This document shows, piece by piece, positions 11,671 through 21,156 of a stretch of DNA of 64,000 nucleotides (positions within the stretch are counted from its first letter, which is position 1; the number at the start of each line of letters is the position of its first letter). Below the pieces are notes generated by a model. It was not told the origin of the DNA, searched no databases, and saw only the letters and a list, made by a program, of their open reading frames with translations. The stretch comes from Allosphingosinicella sp. (GTDB taxonomy: Bacteria > Pseudomonadota > Alphaproteobacteria > Sphingomonadales > Sphingomonadaceae), in NCBI GenBank assembly GCA_036402575.1, contig DASWSP010000084.1, forward strand, positions 9,924 to 73,923, read 5' to 3'. Both the position numbers and the translations under genes were made by a program.

Positions 11671-13328
11671 TTCGCTCCGCCGTCGAGCAGGCGCCGGGCG
11701 ATCACCTGCGCCTGGATCTCGCCGGCGCCTTCGAAGATGTTGAGGATGCGCGCGTCGGCGAGCAGGCGGCTGACCGGATATTCCATCGCGAAGCCGTTGC
11801 CGCCGTGGATCTGGAGCGCATTGTCGGCGGCCGCCCAGGCGACCCGGGCGGCGAGCAGCTTCGCCATTCCCGCTTCCAGGTCGCAGCGCTTTCCCTCGTC
11901 CTTCTGCCGAGCGGCGTAATAAGTGAGCTGGCGCACGCCCATCAGCTCGGCCGCCATCATCGCAAGCTTGTTGGCGATGCGCGGGAATTCGATGATCGCG
12001 CGGCCGAACTGCTTGCGGTCGATCGCATAGGCAAGGCCGGCGTCGAGCGCCGCCTGGCCGACTCCGATCGCCCTCGCCGCGGTCTGGATGCGGGCGCTCT
12101 CGAACGTCACCATCAGCTGGCGGAAGCCCTGCCCCTCCTGCCCGCCGAGCAGGTTGTCGCCGGCGACGACGAAGCCGTCGAAGCCGATTTCATATTCCTT
12201 CATGCCGCGATAGCCGATCACCCCGATCTCGCCGCCGCTCATGCCCGCCACCGGGAAGGGATCGCCATCGTCGCCCCGCGGCTTGGGCGCGATGAACATG
12301 GAGAGGCCGCGATGGTCGCTCACGGCGGGGTCGCTGCGGGCAAGCAGCATCATCACATCGGCGCGCGCGGCATGGGTGATCCAGGTCTTGTTGCCGGTGA
12401 TCCGCCAGTCGGCGCCTTCGAGCACCGCGCGGGTCCGCAGCGCCCCCAGATCGGAGCCGGTGTTGGGCTCCGTGAAGACGGCGGTGGGAAGGATCGCGCC
12501 CGTCGCGATGCCCGGCAGCCAGTCCTGCTTCTGCTGCTCGGTGCCGCCGCCCAGGATCAACTCCCCGGCGATCTCCGAGCGGGTGGCGAGCGAGCCGACC
12601 CCGATCCAGCCCCGCGACAATTCCTCCGAGACGACACACATCGCGGTCTTGCCCATTTCGAGCCCGCCATAGCGTTCGGGCATGGTCATCCCGAACACGC
12701 CGAGTTCGCCGAGCTCCTCGATCAGCTCGAGCGGGATGAACTCGTCCTTGAGGTGCCAGTCATGCGCGAACGGAGCGACCCTTTCCGCCGCGAACGCGTG
12801 GAACTGGTCGCGGATCATCGCCGTCATGTCGTCGAGCCCGGCATTCTCGAGCGTCGCGCGCCCGCGCGCCTCGACCAGGGCCTGGGCGAGCCGGGTCTTG
12901 ACCTCCTGCCGGCCTCCCTCGCGGATCAGCCGCTGGAGCGCGGGCGAGCGAAGGCGTTCCAGGGCCGCGGGATCGTCGACCAGCTCGCCGGCGCGGATGA
13001 CCTCGCCCTGGTTCATCGGGATTCCGCCCTGCAGCTGAGCGCCATATTCGGCGAACAGCAGGCTCGCGAGCAGGCGCTCGATCTCGCCGAACGAGCTCTC
13101 GGCGTCGAGCCGCGCCGCCCAGCCGGAAACCTCGGCCATCAGCTCGGCATAGGAAGCGTACCAGGCGAAGCCGTGGACGACATGCTGCTCGGCATCGGCC
13201 AAGGCACGGTCCACCCGGCCGTCGGGCGCGATCCGGGCCCGAACCGCCTGGCGCGCCGCTTCGGCGAACGCGCGGGCCGAATCGGCCGCCTCGGCCAGCA
13301 GCCCCGGAAGCTCCCCCGCGGCGACCAT
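11667..13328 (-). CDS. large acyl-CoA dehydrogenase with N-terminal extension (553 aa)
   Basis: Internal start MVAAGELP at 13328 (ATGA overlap with the hydratase stop). Motifs TEPNTGSDL and IFEGAGEIQ (canonical catalytic Glu). Confidence 0.85.
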   Translation of the reverse strand: MVAAGELPGLLAEAADSARAFAEAARQAVRARIAPDGRVDRALADAEQHVVHGFAWYASYAELMAEVSGWAARLDAESSFGEIERLLASLLFAEYGAQLQGGIPMNQGEVIRAGELVDDPAALERLRSPALQRLIREGGRQEVKTRLAQALVEARGRATLENAGLDDMTAMIRDQFHAFAAERVAPFAHDWHLKDEFIPLELIEELGELGVFGMTMPERYGGLEMGKTAMCVVSEELSRGWIGVGSLATRSEIAGELILGGGTEQQKQDWLPGIATGAILPTAVFTEPNTGSDLGALRTRAVLEGADWRITGNKTWITHAARADVMMLLARSDPAVSDHRGLSMFIAPKPRGDDGDPFPVAGMSGGEIGVIGYRGMKEYEIGFDGFVVAGDNLLGGQEGQGFRQLMVTFESARIQTAARAIGVGQAALDAGLAYAIDRKQFGRAIIEFPRIANKLAMMAAELMGVRQLTYYAARQKDEGKRCDLEAGMAKLLAARVAWAAADNALQIHGGNGFAMEYPVSRLLADARILNIFEGAGEIQAQVIARRLLDGGAN

Positions 13329-14227
13329 CAGGACTTGTCGGCCTGGGCCTTGTTGGCGGCGGCCATCGCCTTGAGGTCGACTCCGCCGACGAGGTTGCCG
13401 GTGGTGAGCTGGTTCTGCGCGTGCGCGAAATGATGCATGTGGAACACCGCATCCATCGACGTGCGCTTGCCGCGAAGGTCTTCGACCAGGTTGATCGCCT
13501 GCTTGGTCAGCGCCAGCGCCAGCCGCGGCTGCTGCGCGATCTCGCCGGCGATCTTCTCGACCTCCGCCTTCAGCGCGTCGCGCGGCACGACCCGGTTGAT
13601 CATGCCCAGATCGTAGGCGCGCTGCGCCGGCATGCGCTGCCCCAGGTAGAGGAATTCGCGGGCGATGCGCGGCGGCAGCTCGAACGGATGGGCGAAATAT
13701 TCGACGCCCGGCTGGTTCATCCTCAGCACCGGATCCTGGAAGAAGGCGTCGTCGGACGCGACGATCATGTCGCACACCCAGGCCAGCATCAGCCCGCCCG
13801 CGATGCAGGCGCCCTGCACCATCGCGATCGCGGGCTTGGGCATCGCCTGCCAGCGCCGGCAGAGACCCAGATAAGCGTCCTGCTCGAGCACATATTGACG
13901 CTCGGCGCCCTCGAGGTCGCTATGGTTCCACCACAGGTCGCGCCGCTCGCGCTCGAGATGCGAATCCTTGTCCGGAGTGCCGAGATCGTGCCCCGCGGAG
14001 AAGTGCTTGCCGTTGCCGCCCAGCACGATCACCTTGACGCTCTCGTCGTCGATCGCGCGGCGGAAGCAGTCGTCGAGCTGGTTGAGCAGCGCGTAATTCT
14101 GCGCGTTGCTGTATTTGGGCCGGTCGAGCATCACCCAGGCGACGCGGTCGCGCACCTCGTAGGTGACGAACGGACCGCCGCCGCCGCCCTCGGCCTGCTT
14201 GTCCTGTGCCGGTGCCGTGGTCGCCAT
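13328..14227 (-). CDS. enoyl-CoA hydratase
   Basis: Crotonase motifs GNGKHFSAGHDL and AMVQGACIAGGLMLAWVCD. 299 aa. Confidence 0.85.
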   Translation of the reverse strand: MATTAPAQDKQAEGGGGGPFVTYEVRDRVAWVMLDRPKYSNAQNYALLNQLDDCFRRAIDDESVKVIVLGGNGKHFSAGHDLGTPDKDSHLERERRDLWWNHSDLEGAERQYVLEQDAYLGLCRRWQAMPKPAIAMVQGACIAGGLMLAWVCDMIVASDDAFFQDPVLRMNQPGVEYFAHPFELPPRIAREFLYLGQRMPAQRAYDLGMINRVVPRDALKAEVEKIAGEIAQQPRLALALTKQAINLVEDLRGKRTSMDAVFHMHHFAHAQNQLTTGNLVGGVDLKAMAAANKAQADKS

Positions 14228-14250
14228 CTTCGATCTCCTCGTGGGAGGCT

Positions 14251-14274
14251 AATACTGCACTACGGTGCAGATTT
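14251..14274. promoter_or_regulatory. regulon operator copy O4
   Basis: AATACTGCACTACGGTGCAGATTT contains a perfect CTGCAC-N4-GTGCAG. It lies ~24 nt upstream of the hydratase ATG (14227). Confidence 0.7.
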
Positions 14275-14278
14275 CAAG

Positions 14279-15061
14279 TCAGCGCGGCGGCATCCTGATC
14301 GCGCCGTCCAGGCGCACGTCCTCGCCGTTCAGATAGTCGTTTTCGATCATCGTCAGCGCAAGCTGCGCGAACTCTTCCGGCCGGCCGAAGCGCTTGGGAA
14401 AGGGGACGCTGGCGGCGAGCGCGTCGCGCACCGCCTGCGGCGCCCGGCCCATCAGCGGCGTATCGAAGATGCCCGGAAGGATGGTGTTGACTCGGATGCC
14501 CTCGTTCATGAGGTCGCGCGCCACCGGCAGCGTCATCGCCACGATCCCGCCCTTGGACGCCGAATAAGCGGCCTGGCCGATCTGGCCGTCCTCGGCCGCG
14601 GCGCTGGCGGTGTTGACGATCGCGCCGCGCGCGCCGTTCGGATCCGGATCGAGGGTCAGCATGCCCGCGGCGGATTTGGCGAGGCAGCGGAAGCTGCCGA
14701 CCAGGTTGATCTGGATGATCCGGTCGAACGCGTCGATCGGGAAATGCCTGATCTCGCCCGTCGCCTTGTCGCGGCTGGCGGTCTTGACCGCATTGCCCGT
14801 GCCGGCGCAGTTCACCAAGATCCGCTCCTGGCCCTGCGCGGCGCGCGCCTTCGCGAAGCCCTCATCGACCGACGCGTCGCTGGTCACGTCGACGGCGCAG
14901 TAGACGCCGCCTATTTCCGCCGCGACCTGCTCGCCGCGTTCGGCGTTGAGGTCGAACAGCGCGACCTTGACGCCCTTGGCGGCAAGCGCGCGGGCGGTCG
15001 CCTCGCCGAGGCCCGAAGCGCCCCCGGTGACGACGGCGGAGACGCTGGCGTCAAGCTTCAT
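14279..15061 (-). CDS. 3-hydroxyacyl-CoA dehydrogenase type-2-like SDR
   Basis: Internal start MKLDAS at 15061. Motifs VVTGGASGLG and YSASKGG. Overall resemblance to HSD17B10/FadB2-type SDRs. Confidence 0.8.
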   Translation of the reverse strand: MKLDASVSAVVTGGASGLGEATARALAAKGVKVALFDLNAERGEQVAAEIGGVYCAVDVTSDASVDEGFAKARAAQGQERILVNCAGTGNAVKTASRDKATGEIRHFPIDAFDRIIQINLVGSFRCLAKSAAGMLTLDPDPNGARGAIVNTASAAAEDGQIGQAAYSASKGGIVAMTLPVARDLMNEGIRVNTILPGIFDTPLMGRAPQAVRDALAASVPFPKRFGRPEEFAQLALTMIENDYLNGEDVRLDGAIRMPPR

Positions 15062-16307
15062 GCAACACTCCTTGGCGTTGGGAAATCGCGCCGCTTTCGG
15101 CGAGCGCGTCGAGTTCGCGCGGATCGAGCCCCAGCCACTCGGCCAGTATCTCCTGCGTATGCTCGCCGACATGGGGCGGGCGGCAGCGGTAATCGGCCGG
15201 CGTCTCGGACAATTTCCCCGGATAGGCGACGGTCGGCACCCGCACGCCGTCCTCGCGAACGAAGTGGTGGACCGTTCCGCGCGCCTCGACGAACGGATCC
15301 TCGAACACCTGCTCGATGGTGTTGACCGGTCCCGCCGGCACGCCCTTGGCGACGAGATGGTCGATCAGGGGGCCGCCCTCGAAACCGCGCACCAGTTCCT
15401 GCACCTTCTCCTCGATCGCGTCGCGGTTGACCTGGCGGGCGTGGCTGGTGGCGAAGCGCGGGTCGGTCGCGAGCTCGGGCACGCCGAGCTCGTGGCAGAG
15501 CACTCGGAACTGCCCGTCATTGCCGACCGCGATGATGATCGTTCCGTCCGCCACGTCGAACGTCTTGTAGGGGACGACGGTGGGATGCCGGTTGCCGAGC
15601 CGACTCGGCAGCGCGCCTCCCACCAGCCAGCTCAGCGACTGGTTGGCGAGCATGGCGATCTGGGTGTCGAGCAGCGACAGGTCGATATGCTGGCCGATGC
15701 CCGTCCGCTCCGCGTGCCGCAGGGCGAGCAGGGTGCTGACGGCGGCATACATCCCCGTCGACAGGTCGCACATCGCGACTCCGACGCGCAGCGGCGGGCC
15801 GTCGGGCTCGCCGGTGATGCTCATCAGCCCGCCCATCCCCTGGGCGACGAAATCGTAGCCGCCGCGATCCTTGTAGGGGCCGGTCTGGCCGAAGCCGGTG
15901 ATCGAGCAATAGACCAGGCGGGGATTGACCGCCTTCAGGCTCTCATAGTCGAGCCCGTATTTCCGCAGGCCGCCGACCTTGAAATTCTCGACCACGACAT
16001 CCGCCTCGGCGGCGAGGCGGCGGATCAGCGCGGCGCCGTCGGGATGGGCGAGGTTGATCGCGGCCGAGCGCTTGTTGCGGTTGCACGACAGATAATAAGC
16101 GCTCTCGCCGCGATCCTCCTCGCCGTCCGCGCCGATCAGATAGGGAGGGCCCCAGGCGCGCGTGTCGTCGCCCTTGCCGGGGACCTCGATCTTGATCACG
16201 TCGGCGCCGAAATCGGCGAGGATCTGCGTGCACCATGGACCCGCCAGCACCCGCGACAGGTCGAGCACCTTGATGCCGTCGAGCGCTCCGGTTGCTTGCT
16301 TCGTCAT
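15051..16307 (-). CDS. family III CoA-transferase (CaiB/BaiF type)
   Basis: Internal start MTKQATG at 16307. N-terminal VLDLSRVLAGPWCTQILADFGADVIKIE and catalytic-Asp segment GGYDFVAQGMGGLMSITG. Confidence 0.85.
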   Translation of the reverse strand: MTKQATGALDGIKVLDLSRVLAGPWCTQILADFGADVIKIEVPGKGDDTRAWGPPYLIGADGEEDRGESAYYLSCNRNKRSAAINLAHPDGAALIRRLAAEADVVVENFKVGGLRKYGLDYESLKAVNPRLVYCSITGFGQTGPYKDRGGYDFVAQGMGGLMSITGEPDGPPLRVGVAMCDLSTGMYAAVSTLLALRHAERTGIGQHIDLSLLDTQIAMLANQSLSWLVGGALPSRLGNRHPTVVPYKTFDVADGTIIIAVGNDGQFRVLCHELGVPELATDPRFATSHARQVNRDAIEEKVQELVRGFEGGPLIDHLVAKGVPAGPVNTIEQVFEDPFVEARGTVHHFVREDGVRVPTVAYPGKLSETPADYRCRPPHVGEHTQEILAEWLGLDPRELDALAESGAISQRQGVLHEA

Positions 16308-16315
16308 TCGCGCGC

Positions 16316-16699
16316 CTACTTCTTCAGCGTCGCCAGATAGGCGATCAGGTTGGCCCGATCCGCGGGCTTGGGCACCCCGGCGAACGCCATCTTGGTGCCG
16401 GGCACCGCCGTCCGCGGATTGGCCAGATACTTGTCGAGCGCCGCCGGGGTCCAGATGAAGCGGCTCTTCTTCATCGCCGGCGAAAAGGCAAACCCGGGAA
16501 GCGCGCCGGCCCTGCGCCCGACCACGCCGGCGAGCGAGGGGCCAATGCCGTTCCTGCCCGGCGCGATGGCGTGGCAGGTCACGCAGCGGGCGAAGGCGGC
16601 CTTGCCGCTGGCGGGATTGCCGGCCGCCGTCGCCGGGCCGCCGGCCGCCAGCATCGCCGCGGCCGCGGCCATCGCCCCGATCCGCATCGCCATCGTCAT
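16316..16699 (-). CDS. class I c-type cytochrome, periplasmic
   Basis: Signal peptide MTMAMRIGAMAAAAAMLAAGGPATAAG, heme motif CVTCHA, distal GTKMAF. ATGA overlap with the thiolase stop (16696-16699). Confidence 0.8.
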   Translation of the reverse strand: MTMAMRIGAMAAAAAMLAAGGPATAAGNPASGKAAFARCVTCHAIAPGRNGIGPSLAGVVGRRAGALPGFAFSPAMKKSRFIWTPAALDKYLANPRTAVPGTKMAFAGVPKPADRANLIAYLATLKK

Positions 16700-17901
16700 G
16701 CGCGCTCGAACACGGCAGCGAGCCCCTGGCCGCCGCCGATGCACATCGTCTCGAGCCCGAAGCGCATGTCGCGGCGGTGCAGCTCGCGAACCAAAGTCGC
16801 CAGGATGCGGCCGCCGGTGGCGCCGATCGGATGGCCGAGCGAGATGCCGGAGCCGTTGACGTTGAGCCGGTCGCGCTCGTCCCAGCCCCAGCCCTTGAGC
16901 ACCGCAAGCACCTGCGGCGCGAACGCCTCGTTGAGCTCGACCAGGCCGATGTCGTCCCAGCGCAGGCCGGTGCGCGCGAACAGGCGCTCGACCGCCGGCA
17001 CCGGGCCGATCCCCATGCGCGAAGGCTCGCACCCCGCCGCGGCCCAACTGTGGAACCACGCCATCGGCTCGAGCCCGAGCTCGGCAAGCTTGTCCTCGGC
17101 GACCACGAGGCAGGCGGCGCCCGCGTCGTTCTGCTGGCTGGCATTGCCCGCGGTCACCACGCCGTCCTTCTCGATCGGCTTGAGCTGGGCGAGCGACTCG
17201 GCCGTCGCGTCGGCGCGGATGCCCTCGTCGCGAACGAACATCACCGGATCGCCGCGCCGCTGCGGCACCGGCACCGGCACGAGCTCGTCGTCGAACTTGC
17301 CTGCCTCCCACGCGGCCGTCGCGCGGCGGTGGCTCATCGCCGCGAATTCGTCGCACTCCTCCCGGGTGATGCCGTAATCGCTGGCGAGGTTGTTGGCGGT
17401 TTCGATCATGCCGCTGATCACGCCGAAGCGGGCGATCGGCTGCGACATCACCCGTCCCCGGGTCAGCCGGTCGTGCATCGTGGTCGACCCCGAACGGGCG
17501 CCGCGGCGATGGTCGACCGAATAATATTCGACGTTGCTCATGCTTTCGACGCCGCCCGCGACGACGACGTCGGCGGCGCCGGTCTGGACCATCATGGCGG
17601 CGTCGATCACGGCCTGCAGGCCGCCGCCGCAGCGCCGGTCGAGCTGGTAGCCGGGCGTCGAGATCGGCAGCCCCGCCGCGAGCGCCGACCAGCGGCCGAT
17701 CGCCGGCGCTTCGCCGTTGCCGTAGCCCTGGGCGTAGACGACGTCGTCGATCCGCTCGGGATCGATGCCGGTGCGGTCGATCAGCGCCTTGAGCACGATC
17801 GCGCCGAGCTCGCCGGCGGGAATGTCCGCGAGGCTTCCGCCGAACTTGCCGACGGCGGTTCGGATCGGCGACACGATCGCGGCGCGACGCAATTCACTCA
17901 T
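16696..17901 (-). CDS. acetyl-CoA C-acyltransferase (thiolase)
   Basis: Internal start MSELRR at 17901. Motifs LDRRCGGGLQAV, NGSGISLGHPIGATG and CIGGGQGLA. Confidence 0.9.
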   Translation of the reverse strand: MSELRRAAIVSPIRTAVGKFGGSLADIPAGELGAIVLKALIDRTGIDPERIDDVVYAQGYGNGEAPAIGRWSALAAGLPISTPGYQLDRRCGGGLQAVIDAAMMVQTGAADVVVAGGVESMSNVEYYSVDHRRGARSGSTTMHDRLTRGRVMSQPIARFGVISGMIETANNLASDYGITREECDEFAAMSHRRATAAWEAGKFDDELVPVPVPQRRGDPVMFVRDEGIRADATAESLAQLKPIEKDGVVTAGNASQQNDAGAACLVVAEDKLAELGLEPMAWFHSWAAAGCEPSRMGIGPVPAVERLFARTGLRWDDIGLVELNEAFAPQVLAVLKGWGWDERDRLNVNGSGISLGHPIGATGGRILATLVRELHRRDMRFGLETMCIGGGQGLAAVFERA

Positions 17902-19049
17902 CAGGACTTCGCCTCCCGCAGCATCGCCCGGGCGATGATCAGTTGCTGTATTTGCGACGTGCCCTCGTAGATGCGCAGCAGGCGCACGTCGCGATAGAAT
18001 CGTTCCACCTTGTACTCGGCCATGTAGCCGGCGCCGCCGTGGATCTGAACCGCGCGGTCGGCGACCCGGCCGACCGCCTCGCTCGACATATATTTGAGCG
18101 CCGAGGCCTCGAGGCTCACCCGCTCGCCCGCGTCGAAACGGGCGGCGGTCGTGTTCATCAGCGCCTCGGTCGCGAGCTGGTCGACCTTGCTGTCGGCGAG
18201 CATCGCCTGGACGAGCTGGAACTCGGCGATCGGCTGGCCGAACTGCCTGCGCTCCATCGCGTAGCGGAGGCTCATGTCGATCAGCCGGTCGCACATGCCG
18301 AGCGCGACTCCGGCGATGTGGATTCGGCCGCGGTCGAGCACCTTCATCGCGGTCTTGAAGCCTTGCCCGGGCCTGCCGCCGATGATCGCGTCTGCCGGCA
18401 CCCGCACATCCTCGAAGATGACGTCGCAGGTCTTGGCGCCGCGCTGGCCCATCTTCTTGTCGGGCGCGCCGAGGCTGATCCCGGGCGTGTCCGCGGGCAC
18501 GATGAACGCGGAGATGCCCGCGGCGCCCTTCTGTTCCGGATCGGTGCGCGCCATCAGCGTGTACACCTTGGCGCGCGGCGCGTTGGTGATGAAGCGCTTG
18601 GTTCCGTTGATGCGGTAGTGATCGCCTTCGAGCACCGCGCTGGTGCGCAGCGAAGCGGCGTCCGAACCTGCCTCGGGCTCGGTCAGCGCGAAGCTCGACA
18701 CCGCCTCGCCCGAAGCGAGCCTGGGGAGCCATTCCCGCTTCTGCGCCTCGGTGCCGTCGATGACGATGCCCTGGCTGCCGATGCCGACGGTGGTGCCGAT
18801 CACCGAACGGAAGGCGACCGAGGCGCGGGCGAGCTCGCGCACGACCGCCGCCTCCTCCGCCATGGTCAGGCCGAGCCCGCCATATTCCTCGGGGATCGAC
18901 AGGCCGAACAGGCCCAGTTCGCGGATCTCGGCGACGATCTCCTCCGGAACCGCGTCCTCCTCCTCGACGCGGTCCTCGGCCGGGATCAGCCGTTCCTCGA
19001 CGAACCGGCGCACGGTCGAGCGCAGCAGATCGAAGGTTTCGCTATCCAT
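17901..19049 (-). CDS. acyl-CoA dehydrogenase (canonical)
   Basis: 382 aa with FALTEPEAGSD and YEGTSQIQ catalytic-Glu motif. Confidence 0.9.
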   Translation of the reverse strand: MDSETFDLLRSTVRRFVEERLIPAEDRVEEEDAVPEEIVAEIRELGLFGLSIPEEYGGLGLTMAEEAAVVRELARASVAFRSVIGTTVGIGSQGIVIDGTEAQKREWLPRLASGEAVSSFALTEPEAGSDAASLRTSAVLEGDHYRINGTKRFITNAPRAKVYTLMARTDPEQKGAAGISAFIVPADTPGISLGAPDKKMGQRGAKTCDVIFEDVRVPADAIIGGRPGQGFKTAMKVLDRGRIHIAGVALGMCDRLIDMSLRYAMERRQFGQPIAEFQLVQAMLADSKVDQLATEALMNTTAARFDAGERVSLEASALKYMSSEAVGRVADRAVQIHGGAGYMAEYKVERFYRDVRLLRIYEGTSQIQQLIIARAMLREAKS

Positions 19050-19118
19050 GCAAGCATCCCCTGGCCGGTCGTCCGGCTCGTACGCCTCTATCTCTTCGAC
19101 TCAAGCCCGGAGTCAACC

Positions 19119-19142
19119 AAAACTGCACTACAGGCTAATTTT
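19119..19142. promoter_or_regulatory. regulon operator copy O5
   Basis: AAAACTGCACTACAGGCTAATTTT. It lies ~70 nt upstream of the ACAD ATG (19049) and overlaps the last codons and stop of the hydratase gene. The right half-site is weaker. Confidence 0.55.
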
Positions 19143-19949
19143 CGCTTCCATCGCGGTCACTTCGTCGCAGCGGATCGCGCGGTAGCTTCCGGGCGCTTCC
19201 CCGGCGGCAAGGCGCACCGGCTGCGAAACGAACAACGGCGCCGCCGCTCGGAAAGAGAAAGCGGCCGGCCGGCCCTCGCGCCGCGCGGCGAGGCCGAACA
19301 GCCGCGCCGCGGTGAACGGCCCGTGCACGACCAGGTCCGGATAGCCTTCTTCCCGGGTCACGTAAGGCTGGTCGTAATGGATGCGATGGCTGTTGAAGGT
19401 CACGGCCGAGAATCGGAACAGGTCGACGGGGCCCGGCGTCCAGACCTCGCCCTGGACCGCCTCGCCTTTGTCTTCAACCGCAGCGACGCGTCCCCCAACG
19501 TCGCGATAGACGATGGTCTGACGCTCCACGACCCGCTCGGCGCCGTCCTGGACGATGACGTGCTCGACATCGATCAGCACCAGCTCGCCGCTGCCGCCGC
19601 GGCGGTGGCGAAGGTCGCGGATCGTGGAGGTACGGACGGCCGGCGCGCCGACGCGCAGCGGTTCTCCGAAACGCATCTCCCCGGATGCGAACATGCGGCG
19701 CGGCAGGCTGACCGGCGGCAGGAAGCCGCCGCGCCGTGGGTGGCCGTCGACGCCGATCTGGTCCGGCGGCACGACCGGCAGGAAGAAGGCCCAATGCGCC
19801 AGCGAAGGCGGCGTCCGTTCGACGTCCAGATCCTCGCCGAGCGCGGCGGCGAAGCGGCGCAGGCTTTCGCCCTCGATCACTTCCTCGCGGGTCTCGGCGC
19901 GCCCGATCCAGCTCTGCCAATGCGCGATATCGGAATCGCCGACGCTCAT
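19128..19949 (-). CDS. MaoC-like double hot-dog (R)-hydratase / acyl dehydratase
   Basis: 273 aa. The N-terminal half resembles FAS1-like dehydratase / itaconyl- or mesaconyl-CoA hydratase proteins (HWAFFLP). The C-terminal hot-dog carries RFSAVTFNSHRIHYD. ATGA overlap with the CoA-transferase stop. Confidence 0.7.
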   Translation of the reverse strand: MSVGDSDIAHWQSWIGRAETREEVIEGESLRRFAAALGEDLDVERTPPSLAHWAFFLPVVPPDQIGVDGHPRRGGFLPPVSLPRRMFASGEMRFGEPLRVGAPAVRTSTIRDLRHRRGGSGELVLIDVEHVIVQDGAERVVERQTIVYRDVGGRVAAVEDKGEAVQGEVWTPGPVDLFRFSAVTFNSHRIHYDQPYVTREEGYPDLVVHGPFTAARLFGLAARREGRPAAFSFRAAAPLFVSQPVRLAAGEAPGSYRAIRCDEVTAMEAKISL

Positions 19950-21154
19950 GCCACCAGCCCCTGGTCGTGCAGCCGCCCGATCTCGCCGCTCGACAGGCCG
20001 AGCACGCTCGCCAGCACCTCGTCGCTATGCTGGCCGAGCCGCGGCGCCGGCGCGAGCGGCGCGCGCTCCCGGTCCGCGAACACCGCCGCCGGCCCTGCCG
20101 CCGGATAGCTGAGCCCGCTCGGATGGGCGATCCGCTCGAAGATCGGATTGCCCTCGAACAGGCGCGGGTCGGAGAGCGCCTTCGACAGCGGCTGATAGGC
20201 CGACCAGGTCACGCCCTCGCCGTCGAACGCGCGGCCAAGCTCGTCCGCCCGGCGTGCGCCGATCGCCTGCTCGAAAAGCGGGAACAGCCGGGCGCGATGC
20301 GTGAACCGAGCGCCTTCGTCCTTGGCGAAGCGGACGCCGAGCTCGCCCTCCAGCGCCGCGATCTTCTCGGACAATGCCAATGTCGTGACGAGCCCCTGCC
20401 ACTGCTTGGGCGTGATCGCGACGATCATCAGCCGCTCGCCGTCCGCCGTCGCGAAGTCGCGCCCGAACGCGCCGAACAGGTCGTTGCCCATTCGGGGCCG
20501 GTCGCCGCCGCCGACCAGCGTCTCGGCGAGCAGGCCGATGTGCGCGAGGCTGGCGGCCGCGATGTCGGACAGCGCCACGCGCACGTCGGCGCCCTTGCCG
20601 GTGCGCGCCCGCGACCGCTCGGCCGCGACCATCGCCAACGCCGCCTGCATGCCCGCGATCAGGTCCCAGGCGGGAAGCACATGATTGACGGGCCTCTCGT
20701 CGTCGGCCGGCCCGGTCATCAGCGGCACGCCAACCGCGGCGTTGACCGTATAGTCGACCGCGGGCGAGCCATCGGCCCAGCCCATCACGCGCACGCAGAT
20801 GATGTCGGGGCGGCGCTCCGCGAGCTTGTCGTAGGAAAGGAAGCCGCGCACTGGGAAGTTGGTGAGGAACAGACCGCCCTCCTCGCCCGGCGCGGCCGCC
20901 AGCGCCACGGCGAGCTCGCGCCCCTCGGGCCGCGAAAGATCGATCGTGACCGACTTCTTGCCCTTGTTCAGGCCTTCCCAATAGAGGCTGTCGCCCGACG
21001 GGGCGAGCGGCCATCGGCGATAGTCGGGCCCGCCGCCGATCGCATCGATCCGGATCACCTCGGCGCCGAGCTGCGCAAGATGCATCCCCCCGGAAGGGCC
21101 GGCGATGAACGCCGAAGCTTCCACCACGCGCATGCCGCTGAGCAAATCGTACAT
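19946..21154 (-). CDS. family III CoA-transferase
   Basis: Internal start MYDLLSG at 21154. Motifs MRVVEASAFIAGPSGGMHLAQLGAEVIRID and Asp segment AVDYTVNAAVG. Confidence 0.85.
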   Translation of the reverse strand: MYDLLSGMRVVEASAFIAGPSGGMHLAQLGAEVIRIDAIGGGPDYRRWPLAPSGDSLYWEGLNKGKKSVTIDLSRPEGRELAVALAAAPGEEGGLFLTNFPVRGFLSYDKLAERRPDIICVRVMGWADGSPAVDYTVNAAVGVPLMTGPADDERPVNHVLPAWDLIAGMQAALAMVAAERSRARTGKGADVRVALSDIAAASLAHIGLLAETLVGGGDRPRMGNDLFGAFGRDFATADGERLMIVAITPKQWQGLVTTLALSEKIAALEGELGVRFAKDEGARFTHRARLFPLFEQAIGARRADELGRAFDGEGVTWSAYQPLSKALSDPRLFEGNPIFERIAHPSGLSYPAAGPAAVFADRERAPLAPAPRLGQHSDEVLASVLGLSSGEIGRLHDQGLVA

Positions 21155-21156
21155 GG

